Source: Camelus ferus (Eukaryota). Taken from it: a stretch of DNA of 64,000 bases. A program made the translations under genes and the position numbers. How positions within the stretch are numbered: the first letter of the stretch is position 1; the number at the start of each line of letters is the position of its first letter. Below, one piece after another: positions 23,950-37,000 of this stretch. Below the pieces are notes generated by a model, which saw only the letters and a list, made by a program, of their open reading frames with translations, was not told the DNA's origin and did no database searches. The DNA lies in contig NC_045696.1 in assembly GCF_009834535.1 (NCBI RefSeq), positions 119,042,001-119,106,000 of the forward strand, read 5' to 3'.

Positions 23950-24045
23950 GGGGTGGGTATAGCTCAGTGGTAGAGCTCATACTTAGCATGCAGGAAGTTC
24001 TGGGTTCAATCCCCAGTACCTCTGTTAAAATAAAAATAAGTAAAA
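23950..24045 (+). mobile_element. tRNA-Ala-derived SINE (Vic-1 type)
   Basis: gggtatagctcagtggtagagc...cttagcatg...gggttcaatcccc with A-rich tail; A and B boxes present. Confidence 0.9.
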
Positions 24046-24104
24046 GTTCCCTATGTGCCCTCCCTGATCACACCCTCTTCCTCCTTAACAAGAGGCAACC
24101 ACTA

Positions 24105-24460
24105 GAAAGAAAAATACCATATTATATCACTCACATGTGGAATCTTAAAAAAAAAAAAAAAGACACAAATGAACTTATCTACAAAACAAAAACTCACAGA
24201 TACAGAAAATAAACTTATGGTTACCAGTGGGGAAAGAGGGGATATAGGAATAAATTGGAGCTTGTAGATACACACTACTGTATATAAAATAGATAAACAA
24301 CAAGGTCCTGCTGTACAACATAGGGAACCTATGTTCAATACCTTGTAATGGCCTTTAATGAAAATATAAAAAGGAATATGTATGTATGTACAACTGAATC
24401 ACTATGCTGTCCACCAGAAATTAACACAGCGCTGTGTATCGACTACTTCTATTAAAAAAA
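24105..24460 (+). mobile_element. L1 3'UTR fragment
   Basis: Homologous to 7740-8090; flanked by a degraded TSD (aaga...aaccacta). Confidence 0.88.
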
Positions 24461-24564
24461 GAAGACATAACCACTAAATTGAATTTTGGTTTAATTAGGC
24501 CCTAAATCATTTGTTGTTTCTTTTCACATTTTTTGTTTTTAATTTTTTTTTTCACCTTTGTTTA

Positions 24565-26660
24565 AAGATTTGTTTATTTAAAGACTTTTTAGAGCAGTTT
24601 TAGGTTCACGGCAAAACTGAGAGGAAGGTACAGAGATTTCCCATATACCCCTGACCTCATAAGTGCGTAGCCTCCTCCATTTGTCAGCATACCCCAACAG
24701 AGTGATACGTTCGTTACAACTGACAGATGTACATTGACCCATCATAATCACCCAAAGTCCGTAGTTTTCTTTAGGGTTCACAGTTGGTGTTGTACATTCA
24801 ATGGGTCCGGACAAATGTATAATGACAGACTCCATCACACACTGTATTTTCACTGCCCTATAAATCTGTGCTCTGTCTGTTTATCCCTCCAGCACTACCC
24901 GCAACCACAACTTCTTGTCCATATAGTTTTGCCTTTTCTAGAATTCCATATAGCTGGAATTATATAGTATGTAGCCTTTTCAGATTGGCTTCTTTCACTT
25001 AGTAATATGCATTTGTTTCCTTTATGTCTTTCTATGTCTTGATAGCACACTTCTTTTTAGCACCAATAAATAATAGTCTATTGTCTGGATTTACCAGAGT
25101 TTATCCTTTCATTACTGAAGGACATCTTAGTTGCTTCCAAGTTTTGGCCATTATGAATATGAATAAAGCTGCTGTAAACATCTGTGTGCAAATTTTTGTG
25201 CAGACAGAAGTCTTCAATTCCTTTGAGAAAATAACCAGAGTGCAACTGCTGGATCACACAGTAAGAGTATGTTTAGTTTTGTAAGAAACCACCAAACTGT
25301 CTTCCAAAGTGGCTGTACGGTTTTGCATTCCCACCAGCAATGAATGAGCATTCCTGCTGCTCCACATCTTTGCCAGCATTTGGTGGTGTCAGGGTTCCAG
25401 ATACTGGCCATTCTAAGAGGTAAGTAGTGTTACCTTATTATTGGTTTAGTATGCATTTCCTCGATGACATACAACGAGGAGCATCTTTTCATATGCTTAT
25501 TTGCCATCTGTATATCTCCTCTGAAGAAGTGTCTGTTATGGTCTTTGGCCCATTTTTTAATTGAGTCGTTTGTTTCCTTATTACTGACCTTTAAAGTATT
25601 TGTATATTTTGGAAAACAGCTGTTAAATCAGATATGTCTTTTGAAAATATTTTCTCCAAGTCTGTGGCTTGTGTTCACATTCTTTTGAAACTGTCTTTTG
25701 CAGAGCAGAAGGTTTTAATTTTAACAAAGTCTAGCTTATCAATTATTTCTTTTGTGGACCATGGTGTTGGCCCATAAATGTCCATTGCCATACCCAGTGT
25801 CATCTCGGTTCTCTCCTATGCCATCTTCTAGGATTTTTGTAGTTTTGCATTCTACATTTAGGTGTGTGATCCAATTTGAGTTAATTTTTGTGAAGAGTGT
25901 CCAGATTTTTTTTTTTTTGCATATAAATGTCCAGTTGTTCCAGCAACATTTGTTGAAAAGATCATCTTTGCTCCATTGCCTTTGCACCTTTGTCAAAAAT
26001 CAGTTGACTATACTTAAGTGGGTCTCTTTCTGAGCTCTCTATTCTGTTCCATTGATTTTGTTTTCTTCTTTTCTTTTTTTGTCTTTCTTTTCAATAGCAT
26101 TATTGCATCATTGGGTACAATAAACTAGGTATATTTAAACTGAACAATTTGATGAGTATTGATGTATATACAACCATCACAACAATCAAGACAAGTATCA
26201 TTTCCATCACCTCTTCGTAAATCATTCCCCATTTCACACCCAACTACTAATCTGCTTTTTTTCACTAAAGGTCTGTTTTCACTTTCTAGAATTTTATATA
26301 AATGGAATCATAACAATCATAACTCTTGTGTCTGGCTTCTTTCACTCAGCATAATTATTTTTAGATTCATCCGTGTTGTTGCATGTATCAGTAGTTTTCT
26401 TCCTTTATTGCTGTGTTGTATTCCATACTAGAAATTTACCCCAGTGTTTGTCCATTCTTCTGTTGATGGACATTTAGATTGTTTCCAGCTTTAGGCTATT
26501 GCAGGTAAAGCTGCTGTGAACATTTGTGTACAAGTCTTTGTATGGACATATGCTTTTACTTCTTTTCTTTAAGCACCTAGGAATTGAGTGGCCAGGTCCC
26601 ATGGTAGGGGCATTCAAAACTTTTAAGGAAACTTCCAGACTGTTTTCCAGAAACGCGTAA
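24565..26660 (-). mobile_element. Old L1 fragments (L1M-type, at least two pieces)
   Basis: ORF remnants TKCWQRCG...HCWWECK and LFNKCCWNNW match L1 ORF2; L1 3'-end text at 24575 and 26095. Confidence 0.88.
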
Positions 26661-27125
26661 GAATAAGGTACCATCATCTTATCTCCTGTCACATTGGTGC
26701 TACTATAATGTTTGAAGATTCTTACACAATTGAATGTGAGCATCTGTTTCACCTGTGCCTTTGTCTGGAGATTTCTTTTCTTTGTTTTTGCTCCTTTAGT
26801 TCCTAAAACAGTCCTTTGTATAAGGTGGATGTTTAATCAGCCTTGGATGAATGAATATCAGGTAATGGTTTATCTGAAAACGATGAGTTAGGCACCAACA
26901 TGAATAATAGAGCAAAATTTGAGAGATTGAGAGAAATAAAACTGGTAAATAAAGTAACATTGTCTTTTAAAAATTACGCAAGTAATTCATTATGGAAAAA
27001 TCAGAAAATACCAAATAGTTTAACAGAGAAAATAAGTAACCCGTGATCCTTCTCAATTCTCTCTTAAAAAAATGTGGTGGTGTTCTATTTCCCACCACCC
27101 CTGAATATGCTCGTAAAGGTAGGGC

Positions 27126-28312
27126 CAGTGATCCTCAATTCGGGCTACACATAGAATCCCCCAGGGAGCTTGCGATGGGCTGAAGCCCTTGTGAATGGGA
27201 CCAGTGCCCTTGTGAAGGGCCCGAGGGTGCTCTCTTGTCCCTTCTGCCATGTGAGGACGCAGTGAAAATCAGCCACCTCGGATGTGGGTCCTCACCTGAC
27301 CCCCGAACCTGCCAGCACTTGACCTCGGACCTCCCAGCCTCCAGAACTGTGAGAAGTAAATTTCTGTTGTTTATAAGCCACCCCGTCTGTGGTATTTTGT
27401 TACAGCTGCTCAAACAGATAAGACAGAAAGCTCTTTTTAGTAGGTCCCATGCCTGAGTTCCATCCCAGAGATTCTAATTTAATTGGTCTGAGGTGGAGTC
27501 TGGGTGTCAACAGTTTCCTTTTAAATCAACTTTTTGGAGGTATCATTTACATTACAATAAAATGCATCTGTTTTAGGTAGAAAGATCGAGTTTACCAAAT
27601 GTATATCCCCCTGTAAACATGACTCAAGTAGAGGACATTTCCATCATTCCCCAGGTACCTCTGTTCCATCCCCAGGTGCCCACTGGCCTGACTGGTCAAT
27701 CACTGTAAGTGAGTCTCTGTAAGCATTAGAATTTCCTACACAAGGAATCGAGCAATCTGGCTTCTTCCAGTCTGCGTAATGTTTATGCGAGTCATCATAT
27801 TGCTACGTGTTACAATAGTTCAGTCTTTTTTTTTTTTTTTTTTTTTACTGCTGATTAGCATTCCATTGAGTGGAGGTACCACATTCTGTTTCTCGATTCA
27901 CCTGTTGTTGATGGACATCTGGGCTGTTTCCACTTACGAACCGGTATGAACAGTCACATAAAGGCTTTTGTGTGGATACGTGTTTTCATTTCTCTTGGTG
28001 AATACCGAGGAGTGGAGTTTCTGTGCCATATGCTAAGTGTCTGTTTAACTTTCTAAGAAACTTCCAGACTGTTTCCCAAAGCAGTTGTATTATTTTGCAT
28101 TCCCAGTAGCCACGTGAGCATTCACTTGCTGTACATTTTGGCCACAGTACTAGGTATTGCCAGTCTTCTTCATTGTAACCATCCTAGGGCAAAGCAGCTT
28201 TAAAGGCTCCCCAAGATAATGCGCTTTTCCATATGTAATACATCAGTAGAAAGTCAAGGGGAAAGCAGCCCCCTAAGTGATTCCAGCGTGCAGCCGAGGT
28301 TGAGAACCACCG
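27126..28312. mobile_element. Nested cluster: MER5-like element interrupted by an MLT1 (MaLR) LTR piece (~27171-27425) and an antisense L1 fragment (~27518-28188)
   Basis: MER5-type termini cagtgatcctcaa ... ttgagaaccaccg; MLT1 3' end ccagaactgtgagaagtaaatttctgttg...aagaca. Confidence 0.75.
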
Positions 28313-29619
28313 AGCTAGACTACACAAACAAGTTCCGAATAGTTGAATAATGGCAGATATTATACTTTTGCCTTCTTATGCCTTCACGGTTGGTTTTTTT
28401 CCCCTCCTTCACCCACTCATTTACCCCAAAAGAGCTGCTGAGCCCTTCACTAAGCACTGGAATACAGAGAGAGCACAACACCCTGCCCTCTAGAAGCTCA
28501 GTGTCAAGTAGTGTTTTTCTCTCTTAACCAGATTTCAACATAAACGACCAGGGTCACTTCAGATAGCCTGGTTTTCTGACTGGTCTTGGGATTTTGCAGC
28601 TCTGGCCCCTGTTCAGTCCTGATGGTGGGGAGGGGCCACGGGGCCACAGGGCTCGAGATGCTGCTTTGTTGGTTTTGCGCTTTCCCCTCTCTGCCTCCTA
28701 CCACCAGGATTTTCTTACGAATCTATTTAACTTTGGGCACAATGTCTTTAAATGAGGGCGCAGGGAATAGAAACAGTAAAAAGTAAAATGGTCATAGTTT
28801 TCCCCCTGTGATCACCCTGGTGCCTGCACACACCATCACGGCTGGTTTCTGATCTTTGTATTTTATTCCTCTCCCTTGTTTGTTTCTTTAAGATAGAAAA
28901 TCGTCAATAAGCAGAATAGTCTAATAAAGATAAGACAAATTGGCATAATATTATAAAAATCATCACCGGAAACATAGTAAAGGAATAAAGTAGATGGGTG
29001 AAAATAAGACGGCGTATAAACCGAACAAAACTCATGTGTAAAATTGTTACTAAATAGCAAAATATTCTCTTATTTGCAATTAAATTTACACTATAAAAAA
29101 ATTGTGAAATAGTACAACAAAGTCTGCCTCCCTGGAACTGTTAGAAAGAGGTATAAAATTGAAACAGTGTCTATTTACAATTTTTTTTTCAGTCTTCTAG
29201 GGCAGAGGACAATGTTGAGGTTGTTAAAATCGGCTCCTTACTTGCAAACCAGATTTTGCAGAGCAACTAGTAGAAAACAGATCCCATTCTCCTTTTCCTT
29301 GGGGCCTTAGTGGTTCCAGAGATCCCAGAAGTCCTGTGGAAAAGTGGCTGATGAAAAAATCTGACAAAGAGGAGAAAGTTATTAGTCCAGCTTTGCGTCC
29401 AAAGAAATCTCGTCTCCCACATGGATCAATTTTCATCCAAAAAATATTTTCCAGAGGAATTTCAAGCCAATTTAATCCCTCGATTGATATTCTATACAAT
29501 GGAATAAAATCATTTTTAATATTTGCTGTGTTTATTTTTATTTCACTGAAATTTCTTTTCACTGCAGTGGTTCCTTTTCTATTTATATTGTTTTTACACA
29601 GATTGGATTCATTATCAGT

Positions 29620-30136
29620 TTTTCCAGCTTGCTTAAGGTATGATTGACAAAAACTGTATGTATTTAGGTTGTACAAGGTAATTTTTTAGGGAATACATGA
29701 TGATTTTATATGTGTGTGTGTGTGTATGTGTGTATATAAATGATTACCATGATCAAGTTAATTAACACATCCATTGCCTCACATACTTTGTGTGGTCAGA
29801 ATGGTTAAGATCTATTCTCAGCATATTTCAAAATGCACCACAGTAGTACAGTCAGCATGCTGTACATGAGACCTGCAGACCTTACTTATCCTGTAACTGA
29901 AAGTTTATAGCCTTTGACCAACATCTCCCCATTTCTTCTGCCCCCAACCCCTGGCAACCACCAGTCTACTCTCTAGCTCTGTGAGTTTGACCTTTTCAGA
30001 TTCCATATGTAAGTGAGGTTATACAGTACTTGTCTTTCTGTGTCTGGCTCATTTCACTGAGCATAATGTCCTCTGGGTTCCTCCATGTCGTGGCAAATGG
30101 CAGGATTTTCTTATTTTTTATGGTCGAATAATATTC

Positions 30137-30223
<87 letters not shown>

Positions 30224-30535
30224 TCCCCTATTTTTAATTCATTCATGCCACAGTGGACGATTAGGTTGTTTCCATATCTCAGCTGTTGTGAATAAAGCTA
30301 CAAGGAACATGGCAGCGTAGATATCTCTTTAAGACACTGATTTCATTTCCTTTGGATACATACCCAGACGTGGAATTGCTGGATTGTATGGTAGAGCTGT
30401 TTTAATTTTTTTTCCGACTCTCTGTACTGTTTTCCATCAGTGGCTGCACCAAGCTGCATTCCTGCCAACTGTGTACCAGGGTTCCCTTTCCCCACATCCT
30501 TGCCAACACTTGCTATCTTTTGTCTGTTTGATAAT
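29620..30535 (-). mobile_element. L1 (L1MA-type) 3' fragment
   Basis: Antisense L1 3' UTR/ORF2 text. Confidence 0.85.
30141..30222. repeat. (GT)41 perfect microsatellite
   Basis: Direct count, 82 nt. Confidence 0.97.
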
Positions 30536-30934
30536 AGATCAGCTTCTTGAACCACACCAATTTTCCTCACTTAGTTCCAACTATTGTGGTTTTGGTTTTT
30601 GCTTTCCAAATCCAGATTTCCCTAGGGTCACACTTTGTGTATGTAAATTTTTGTCAAGAAAATATAATCCTCCTGTCCTTCTTGAGTCAATAGCATTTTT
30701 TGCCATATGTAGTTTCCTTTGTCATCAGTTTTATTTTGTGTTCATTATTTCTACCACTAGTAACAATTAGGAATTAAGCAAAAATTGGTTGTATTTATAT
30801 CCTAGATAATCAATGAGAAAAATTCAGAGTAATTTTGTGAGACAGAGATAGAGGAGCAGAAAAAGAGAAGGACTACCATTGCGTATGGATGGCTAAACTC
30901 CGTTACTGGTGGGATCAAAGGTACGCAATGGGTT

Positions 30935-31148
30935 CAAGATTTGCAAGTATTAAATACTATATGTAAAAATAGATAAAAACAAATTTCTTCTGTATACCAC
31001 AGGGAACCATATTCAATATCTTGTAATAAGCTATAATGAAAAAGAATCTGAAAAAAAAATATATATATATATCTATCTGAATCACTTTGCTGTACACCTG
31101 AAACTAACATTGTGAATCAACTACACTTCAATAAAAAATTTTTAAAAA
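30935..31148 (+). mobile_element. L1 extreme 3' fragment
   Basis: acagggaaccatattcaatatcttgtaata...caataaaaa, homologous to the other L1 tails in the window. Confidence 0.8.
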
Positions 31149-31149
31149 G

Positions 31150-31331
31150 AGTAAATAGTAATATTGAAGGCTTTGTGGACCTTATGGTTTCTGCACAGTC
31201 AGCTCTGCCGTTGTGACGTGAACACAGCTGCAGACAGTATGTAAAGCAGTGAGCATGGCTGTGTGCCACTAAAACTATTTGCAAAAAAAAAAAAATGATT
31301 TGGTTTATGGGCCTCAATTTACAGACCCCTG
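31150..31331 (+). mobile_element. MER58-like hAT element
   Basis: cagctctgccgttgtg...gagcatggctgtgtgcca...agacccctg. Confidence 0.7.
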
Positions 31332-31635
31332 ATTTAAAGAGAAAATACGTATCTGGATTTATTGACATGGAGAGTTCATCATAATATATTACTGGGTAGA
31401 AAAATAGCAGATTTGTTATTGTGGTGCCACTTATGTAAAATGAAGGTTTATATGTGTACATAGGCTTAGCGAAGGGTCTAGAAGGCTGATCAGCAAATGT
31501 TAATGAAGATACTATCTTTCGGTCAAAGGATTTGGGATGATTTTTTTCTTCTTTATGTTTTTATGTATTTGTATTATTAAAAAACATTTTCATTTAATAA
31601 TATGTACCCTGGCAAAGTAATTCCACGGCTGTTGT

Positions 31636-31749
31636 TAGGGTCACTGCATACAGTTGTGCAGCCTGTGCACTGCACAATTTGAGAAGATGCCTTTCACATA
31701 GATGACAGTGTGAAGGATGCCCCCTGGAGTTGAATCATGGAACAGCCCT
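31636..31749. mobile_element. MER91-like hAT-Tip100 element
   Basis: cagttgtgcagcctgtgcactgcacaa ... gcccctggagttg...cagccct. Confidence 0.6.
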
Positions 31750-32510
31750 CCTACCTCCCAGTCTCTGTGTAGCCCTGTCCAGTTAATTCAACAGACATTT
31801 ATTTGGCACCTACTATGTCGAACATTGTTCTAGGCACTACAGAAATATCAGCAAAAGTAGACAAAAGTGTCTGCCCTTGTGGTGATGACATTCTTGTGGG
31901 GGAGGAATAAAGACTGAAGTGTGTTAGAAAATAATAATAAGGCAGAGTGGTCAGAGGATCCAGGAAGCTGCAGCAGGGATCGGGTGTCTGGCGGAGGGAC
32001 TAGCTAGTGCAAAGGCCCTGAGGCCCCTTTACTGAATGAAAAAAGGCAAACTGAACAACAGCCCAGGGAGGTTTCAGTGATGGCCTAGAGTCAAAACAGA
32101 GTCAGCACCAAAACCAAGGCCTTTTGATTCTGAGGTCAGGCTTCCTAAGAACCTGGGACCAAAGACAGACACATCTACAAGATACGGTGGCATTGGTGAA
32201 AAGAAGTCTTGAATTCGATTCTGCAGACTTTTATGACAAGCCAAGACATTTGACTATATAATGATAGTAGCTAACATCACATGAAAAAAAAGAAAAGATG
32301 ACATATATGAACCTGTCAGGGGATCCACTACAGATTGCTGCTTAGAAAAGGCAGGTTGAAAATTAGCATTTAGAGTATAATTTCTCTACATCCTTGCCAA
32401 TACTTAGTCTAGTCAGTCATTTTGATTTAGCTTTTCAAATAGACATGTAGTGGTTTTAGTTTGCATTTCCCTGTGTTTCTCTGTCATCTGTATGTCTTCT
32501 TTGTCCAGGT

Positions 32511-32642
32511 GGGGAGGGTACAGCTCAAGTGGTATAGCATGTGCTTAGCATGCACGAGGTCCTGGGTTCAATCCCCAGCACCTCCTCTAAAAATAAATTA
32601 ATAAATAAACCTAATTACCTCCCCCTCAAAAAAGAAAAAAAA
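32511..32642 (+). mobile_element. tRNA-Ala-derived SINE (Vic-1 type), inserted in old L1 sequence
   Basis: ggggagggtacagctcaagtgg...cttagcatgcacgaggtcctgggttcaatccc...acctaattacctcccc, same tail as the 3581 copy. Confidence 0.9.
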
Positions 32643-33259
32643 CGAAGCTAACAAATTGTTTGCCCATTGTTTTATTTAATTATTTGGTTTTTTAATCCCC
32701 AAATTTTGAGTTTTTATTTATTCTGGATGCAAGTCTATTATCAAATATATTCTGTGGAAATATTTCCTCCCACTCTCTAGCTTGTTTCCTCATTCTCTTA
32801 ACAGTGTCACCTGAAGACTGAAATCTGATTTATCTATTTATTCTTTAATGAATCCTACTTTTGGTGTCATATCTAAGAAATCTTTGCCTAACCCAAGGGC
32901 ATGAAGATTTTCTCCTTTGTTTTTCCTTCTAGACATTTTAACAGTTTAGGTTTTACATTTAGGTCCGTGACCCATTTTCGGTTTATTTTTACGTGTAAAG
33001 TGTGCATTGTTATTTTTCATTGGAATAGCCAATTGTTCTAGCATCATCTGTTGAAAAGACCACCCCTTCTCCATTGCTTGCACTTCCCACTTGAGGAAAA
33101 GAAATCAGTGTCCATGTATGTGAGTCTGTTTCTGGGCTCTCTATTCTGTTTCGTGGGTCTCTTGTCAATACCTGATGTAATTAACGACCAGCCGTGGGGA
33201 GGGACCGTGGTGTGTAGTTTGTCAGTGATGTCAGTACTCTCATTGTGGCCGATTTCAAG

Positions 33260-33393
33260 CTTCCTTTCCTCCTTCCTTCTCTTTCCTTCCTTACTCGCAC
33301 CCCCCCTCATTCCTCCCTCATTCCCTTCTTCCCTCTCCCTCCTTTCATCCTTTCCTTCCTCTCTTTTCTTATTCTCTGCCCCCTTCCTTTTCC
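33260..33393. repeat. Polypyrimidine (TC-rich) low-complexity tract
   Basis: Near-continuous C/T run. Confidence 0.85.
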
Positions 33394-33569
33394 AGAACAT
33401 ACACTCAATTACAGAAAGATCCAAACGTTTGTCTTAGCTGTTGCTTAAAAGTGCCAGACACACAACAAATGCTCAATAAATATTTGTTGAATGAATGACT
33501 CACCTATTTTTAATCCTGTACTTCCAGCATTTAAGAAGTGTTCAAAGTAAAATAAAATAAAAATAAAAA

Positions 33570-34081
33570 TTTTGTTTTTAATTTTTATACAACTTTTAAA
33601 TGGTACTCTCCATTTACATTTATTACAAAATATTGGCTGTACTCCCAGTGTTGTACAATACACCCTTGACATTCTTGAGCCTATCTTGCACCCAGTAGTT
33701 TGTACATCTCACCCCTTCACCCCCCATATCGCCCCTCCCTCTCTCAACTGGTAACCATATAGTTTCTCAGTATCTGTGAGTTCACTTCATTTTTGTTATA
33801 TTCACTTGTTTGCTGTATTTTTTAGATTCCAGTTATAAGTGATATCTTACGGTATTTGTCTTTCTCTGTCTGACTCATTTCACTTAGCATAATGCCCTCC
33901 AGGTCCATCTATGTTGCTGCAGATGGCATTATTTCATTCTTTTTCATGGCTGAGTAGGATTCCATTGCATGTATATAAATAATCACATCTTTTTTTTATC
34001 TATTCATCTGTTGGTGGACACTTAGGTTGCTTGCATACCTTGGCTTTTGCAAATAGTGCTGCTGTGAGCATTGGGGTGCAC
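33570..34081 (-). mobile_element. L1 3' fragment
   Basis: ggtccatctatgttgctgcagatggcattatttcattc..., antisense L1 3' end. Confidence 0.85.
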
Positions 34082-37000
34082 AGATGGCATGGATTCATAG
34101 TAACCAAATAACTTTCACCGCTTTCAGGTTCACAAAGCACTGCCTCACACGTCATCTCCTATGACCTGGGCACCATCCTGAGAAGTAGCCGTGTTCCTCT
34201 TCCCACTTTACAAAGACCCTGAGAGGGGGAGGTGCCTGGCCCAGGTCAGACCACAAGTGACATTCTCTGCAGGGTCTGACTCCCAGTCTGGGGCTCGTCC
34301 CCACAACTGCCAGTGACCCCCTGGCTCTGGTGGGATCTCAGCAGGAAGGCTGGTGGCTTCAGGGAGGGTTGTCCCAAGGAATAAGGGAGAAATGGAGATC
34401 AGGAAGGGGCAGTTGATACTAGGGGAGAGGCTCACCTGGGCCTCTGCAAGGCTGTGCCTCTCCCCTGAGGGCCAGTGCAGTGGTGATGGCAGATCCTCCA
34501 GGCCCATTCCAGCCACTGGATTCCCACGGCCCCTTCCCCCAGACCTAGCAATCCACAGAGAAGGCTCACTCCTAGCCTCCCCGTTTTCTCACACGGCTAT
34601 AAAGATGAACAGCAGAGATGGGAAGCCGGAACCTACCTACAACCTGAATTCAGTCCCCATGTATGACTTGCTTAGCCCCTACAGTGTTTTAAAATGTGGG
34701 CCAGTTTACAGAGCAGGAGCTTCCACGTGGGTAGTCGATTTCTTTCGGCAAAGAGGAAAATCTGGCCACCCTCTGAGACACGACACAATTTCCCATCACC
34801 TCTCTGACCCCGAGGACAGCATCACCTGCATTTAACTTCATGCTTACACTTATTTTTCTTACTGTTGAGAAACATACCTCTGAACCCCCATCTCTACCCA
34901 AAGGAGGAAAACAAGATATGTGGGGCCTCGTGATTTTATTGCATGACGACTGGTAGTCCTCTGAGTCTGAGAGCCTGGATTTACATCCGCTTTCAAACAC
35001 ACCCTGAGTCCTCTCAGCAATCCCACAAAGACGGCTCCGAGAACCTCCATTTGGGTGAGGACCCTGGAGTTCAGAGAGGTTGAGGGGCTTACCCAAGGCT
35101 TTATAATTAAGTAGAAGTAGGTATAGAACTTGAAGATAACGTCTCACCCGGCAGGCAGGGAAATCTGCATACATTGCATTTGCCGCCCCAGGCGGCCTTT
35201 GTGTGCGCGCAGCTTGGCGGAACAGCCCTGTGTAATCTCCCACATGCCCGTTAGGTGGCGCCCGAAGCCAACAAAGCTTTCCAGGACAAAGTCTTTTGTG
35301 GAAATGGGTTTTCTTCCATTATTACTGAATTTTAAACCAGAATAGGTTTTCCTCTTTCTTTCTTTTAAAAAAAAAAAAAGTATTTCACACAAAATAGAGC
35401 GTGGCTTTCGTGCCAGGCGTAAAATGAAATTTGCCTTAATCCATCGCCTAGGGAGACAGTGCGTGCCACAATTGACATCTGTTAAATTTTAAATGAAGGA
35501 AGCGCGCAGTAAGAAGGTCTGAAACACATTCTTTGTTCAAGTCGTGCAGACGCTGCTCAGCTGCTCTGTACAATTAGGAATCAAACAAGCACTTTTCTTC
35601 CCCAGCCAGCGTGGCTGAAAGCCCCAGTGAGGGAAAAGGCAGAGGGCGGCTGGACCTGCGCTCCGGGCAGAGCAGGGATGAGGAAGCTTCATCTTACCTG
35701 CTCCTGCAGAGAGAACCTCCCCCCTCCTCACCTGTTTCTATTTTTTTGCAAAGTGTGAAGAACTTCATATGGAGCAGGCAGATCAGTTTTTAACCATCGG
35801 CGTATTATGGTGAAATCTATTCCTACATCAATACCCATTTGTTCTCCTGTATTTCATACCAGCAAAGAAGCAGGAACCAATCCCTCCAAAGTTAGCCCTT
35901 GCTACCTCTTGCCCAAGCTTCCTTATTCAGAAGAGAATGAAAGGAGACATAATTCCGACATGCAGCTTAAATACCAGTGAACTATTTGCTCCTTTTAAAG
36001 ATGTACTGAGATCATCAAATGAGAAAGCGAAGCCTTGGCTATCAAGCCAAATATTATAGTTGTGGAATGTGGTATTTGCTGTATTGGAATTTTTTAATAA
36101 ATGTGGGACTAGGCAGAAAGCCTTTCAGTTTTAGCCCTTTGTTTCATCTTTTTCCTGATCCCTGTAATGAGGTTAGGTGTCTACAGCTGTAAGAATCAGT
36201 GCTTCCCAACTAGCCACCCACATTTCCCAGCACCTGTGTGGCTGGGTCTGGCAAACAGGAATGTGATTGGAAGTGACGGGTTGCAGTCTGAGGCACTTAA
36301 GAACCAGCGCGGCTCCTCCATCTTCTCTTCCCAGCCTTGAGATCCCGGAGGCCACGAGCTCCAGATAATGTTCCTCTAAGACGCCGGGGAGACTGGAAAG
36401 CAGAGCCCCCTTCACTGACTGCCCTGGACATGTCACGAGAGAGAAAGATGCTTTTTTGTTGTGCGAAGCCATTGAGATTTGGGCTTAATTTGTTACTGTG
36501 GCATAACTTGTCCCATCCAAGAACTGGACTGCGCCTTTGATCGCCAGAGCCTGAGCCTCGGTAAGGACTCAGAAATGTTTGTTAAACCCGTGACTCGTTT
36601 GGACAGGCTTTCCTTAGGTTATTTGGAACTACTTCAGTATCTGAATAAACTCTCCTTTCTCATCAGTCAGAATCAAGGCTTGCCGTTTTCAACTAAAAAC
36701 ACCAGCTTAACATAAGGCATTCAAGAAGAGTTGTTTCTCTCTCTTGTTCTGGAATCATCTCTTTTTTTTTTTTTTTTTTTTTTTTTGACAGATTACTCTT
36801 CTTTTCAACCTTTTCTTCTTTTGTCTTACGATGTACTAATAGGTCAAAAAGTACAATTGAGATACATGTAAGTATTTAGTCTTTTTCCTTTTATTCAGAA
36901 AATGTTTCCAAGTTAACAATGACTTTTTTAAAACATATGATCTCATTTATATGTGAACAATGACTTTCTTATTTCAAAAGCTTGATGTGTTTATTAAAGA

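Noticed and set aside
33044..33448. Charged or hydrophobic ORFs on both strands
   Set aside because: Products of an L1 remnant plus a TC-rich low-complexity tract.
34353..35243. 160-aa (+) and 184-aa (-) ORFs
   Set aside because: Non-ATG starts, partial overlap with MIR-like sequence, and no protein family recognised.
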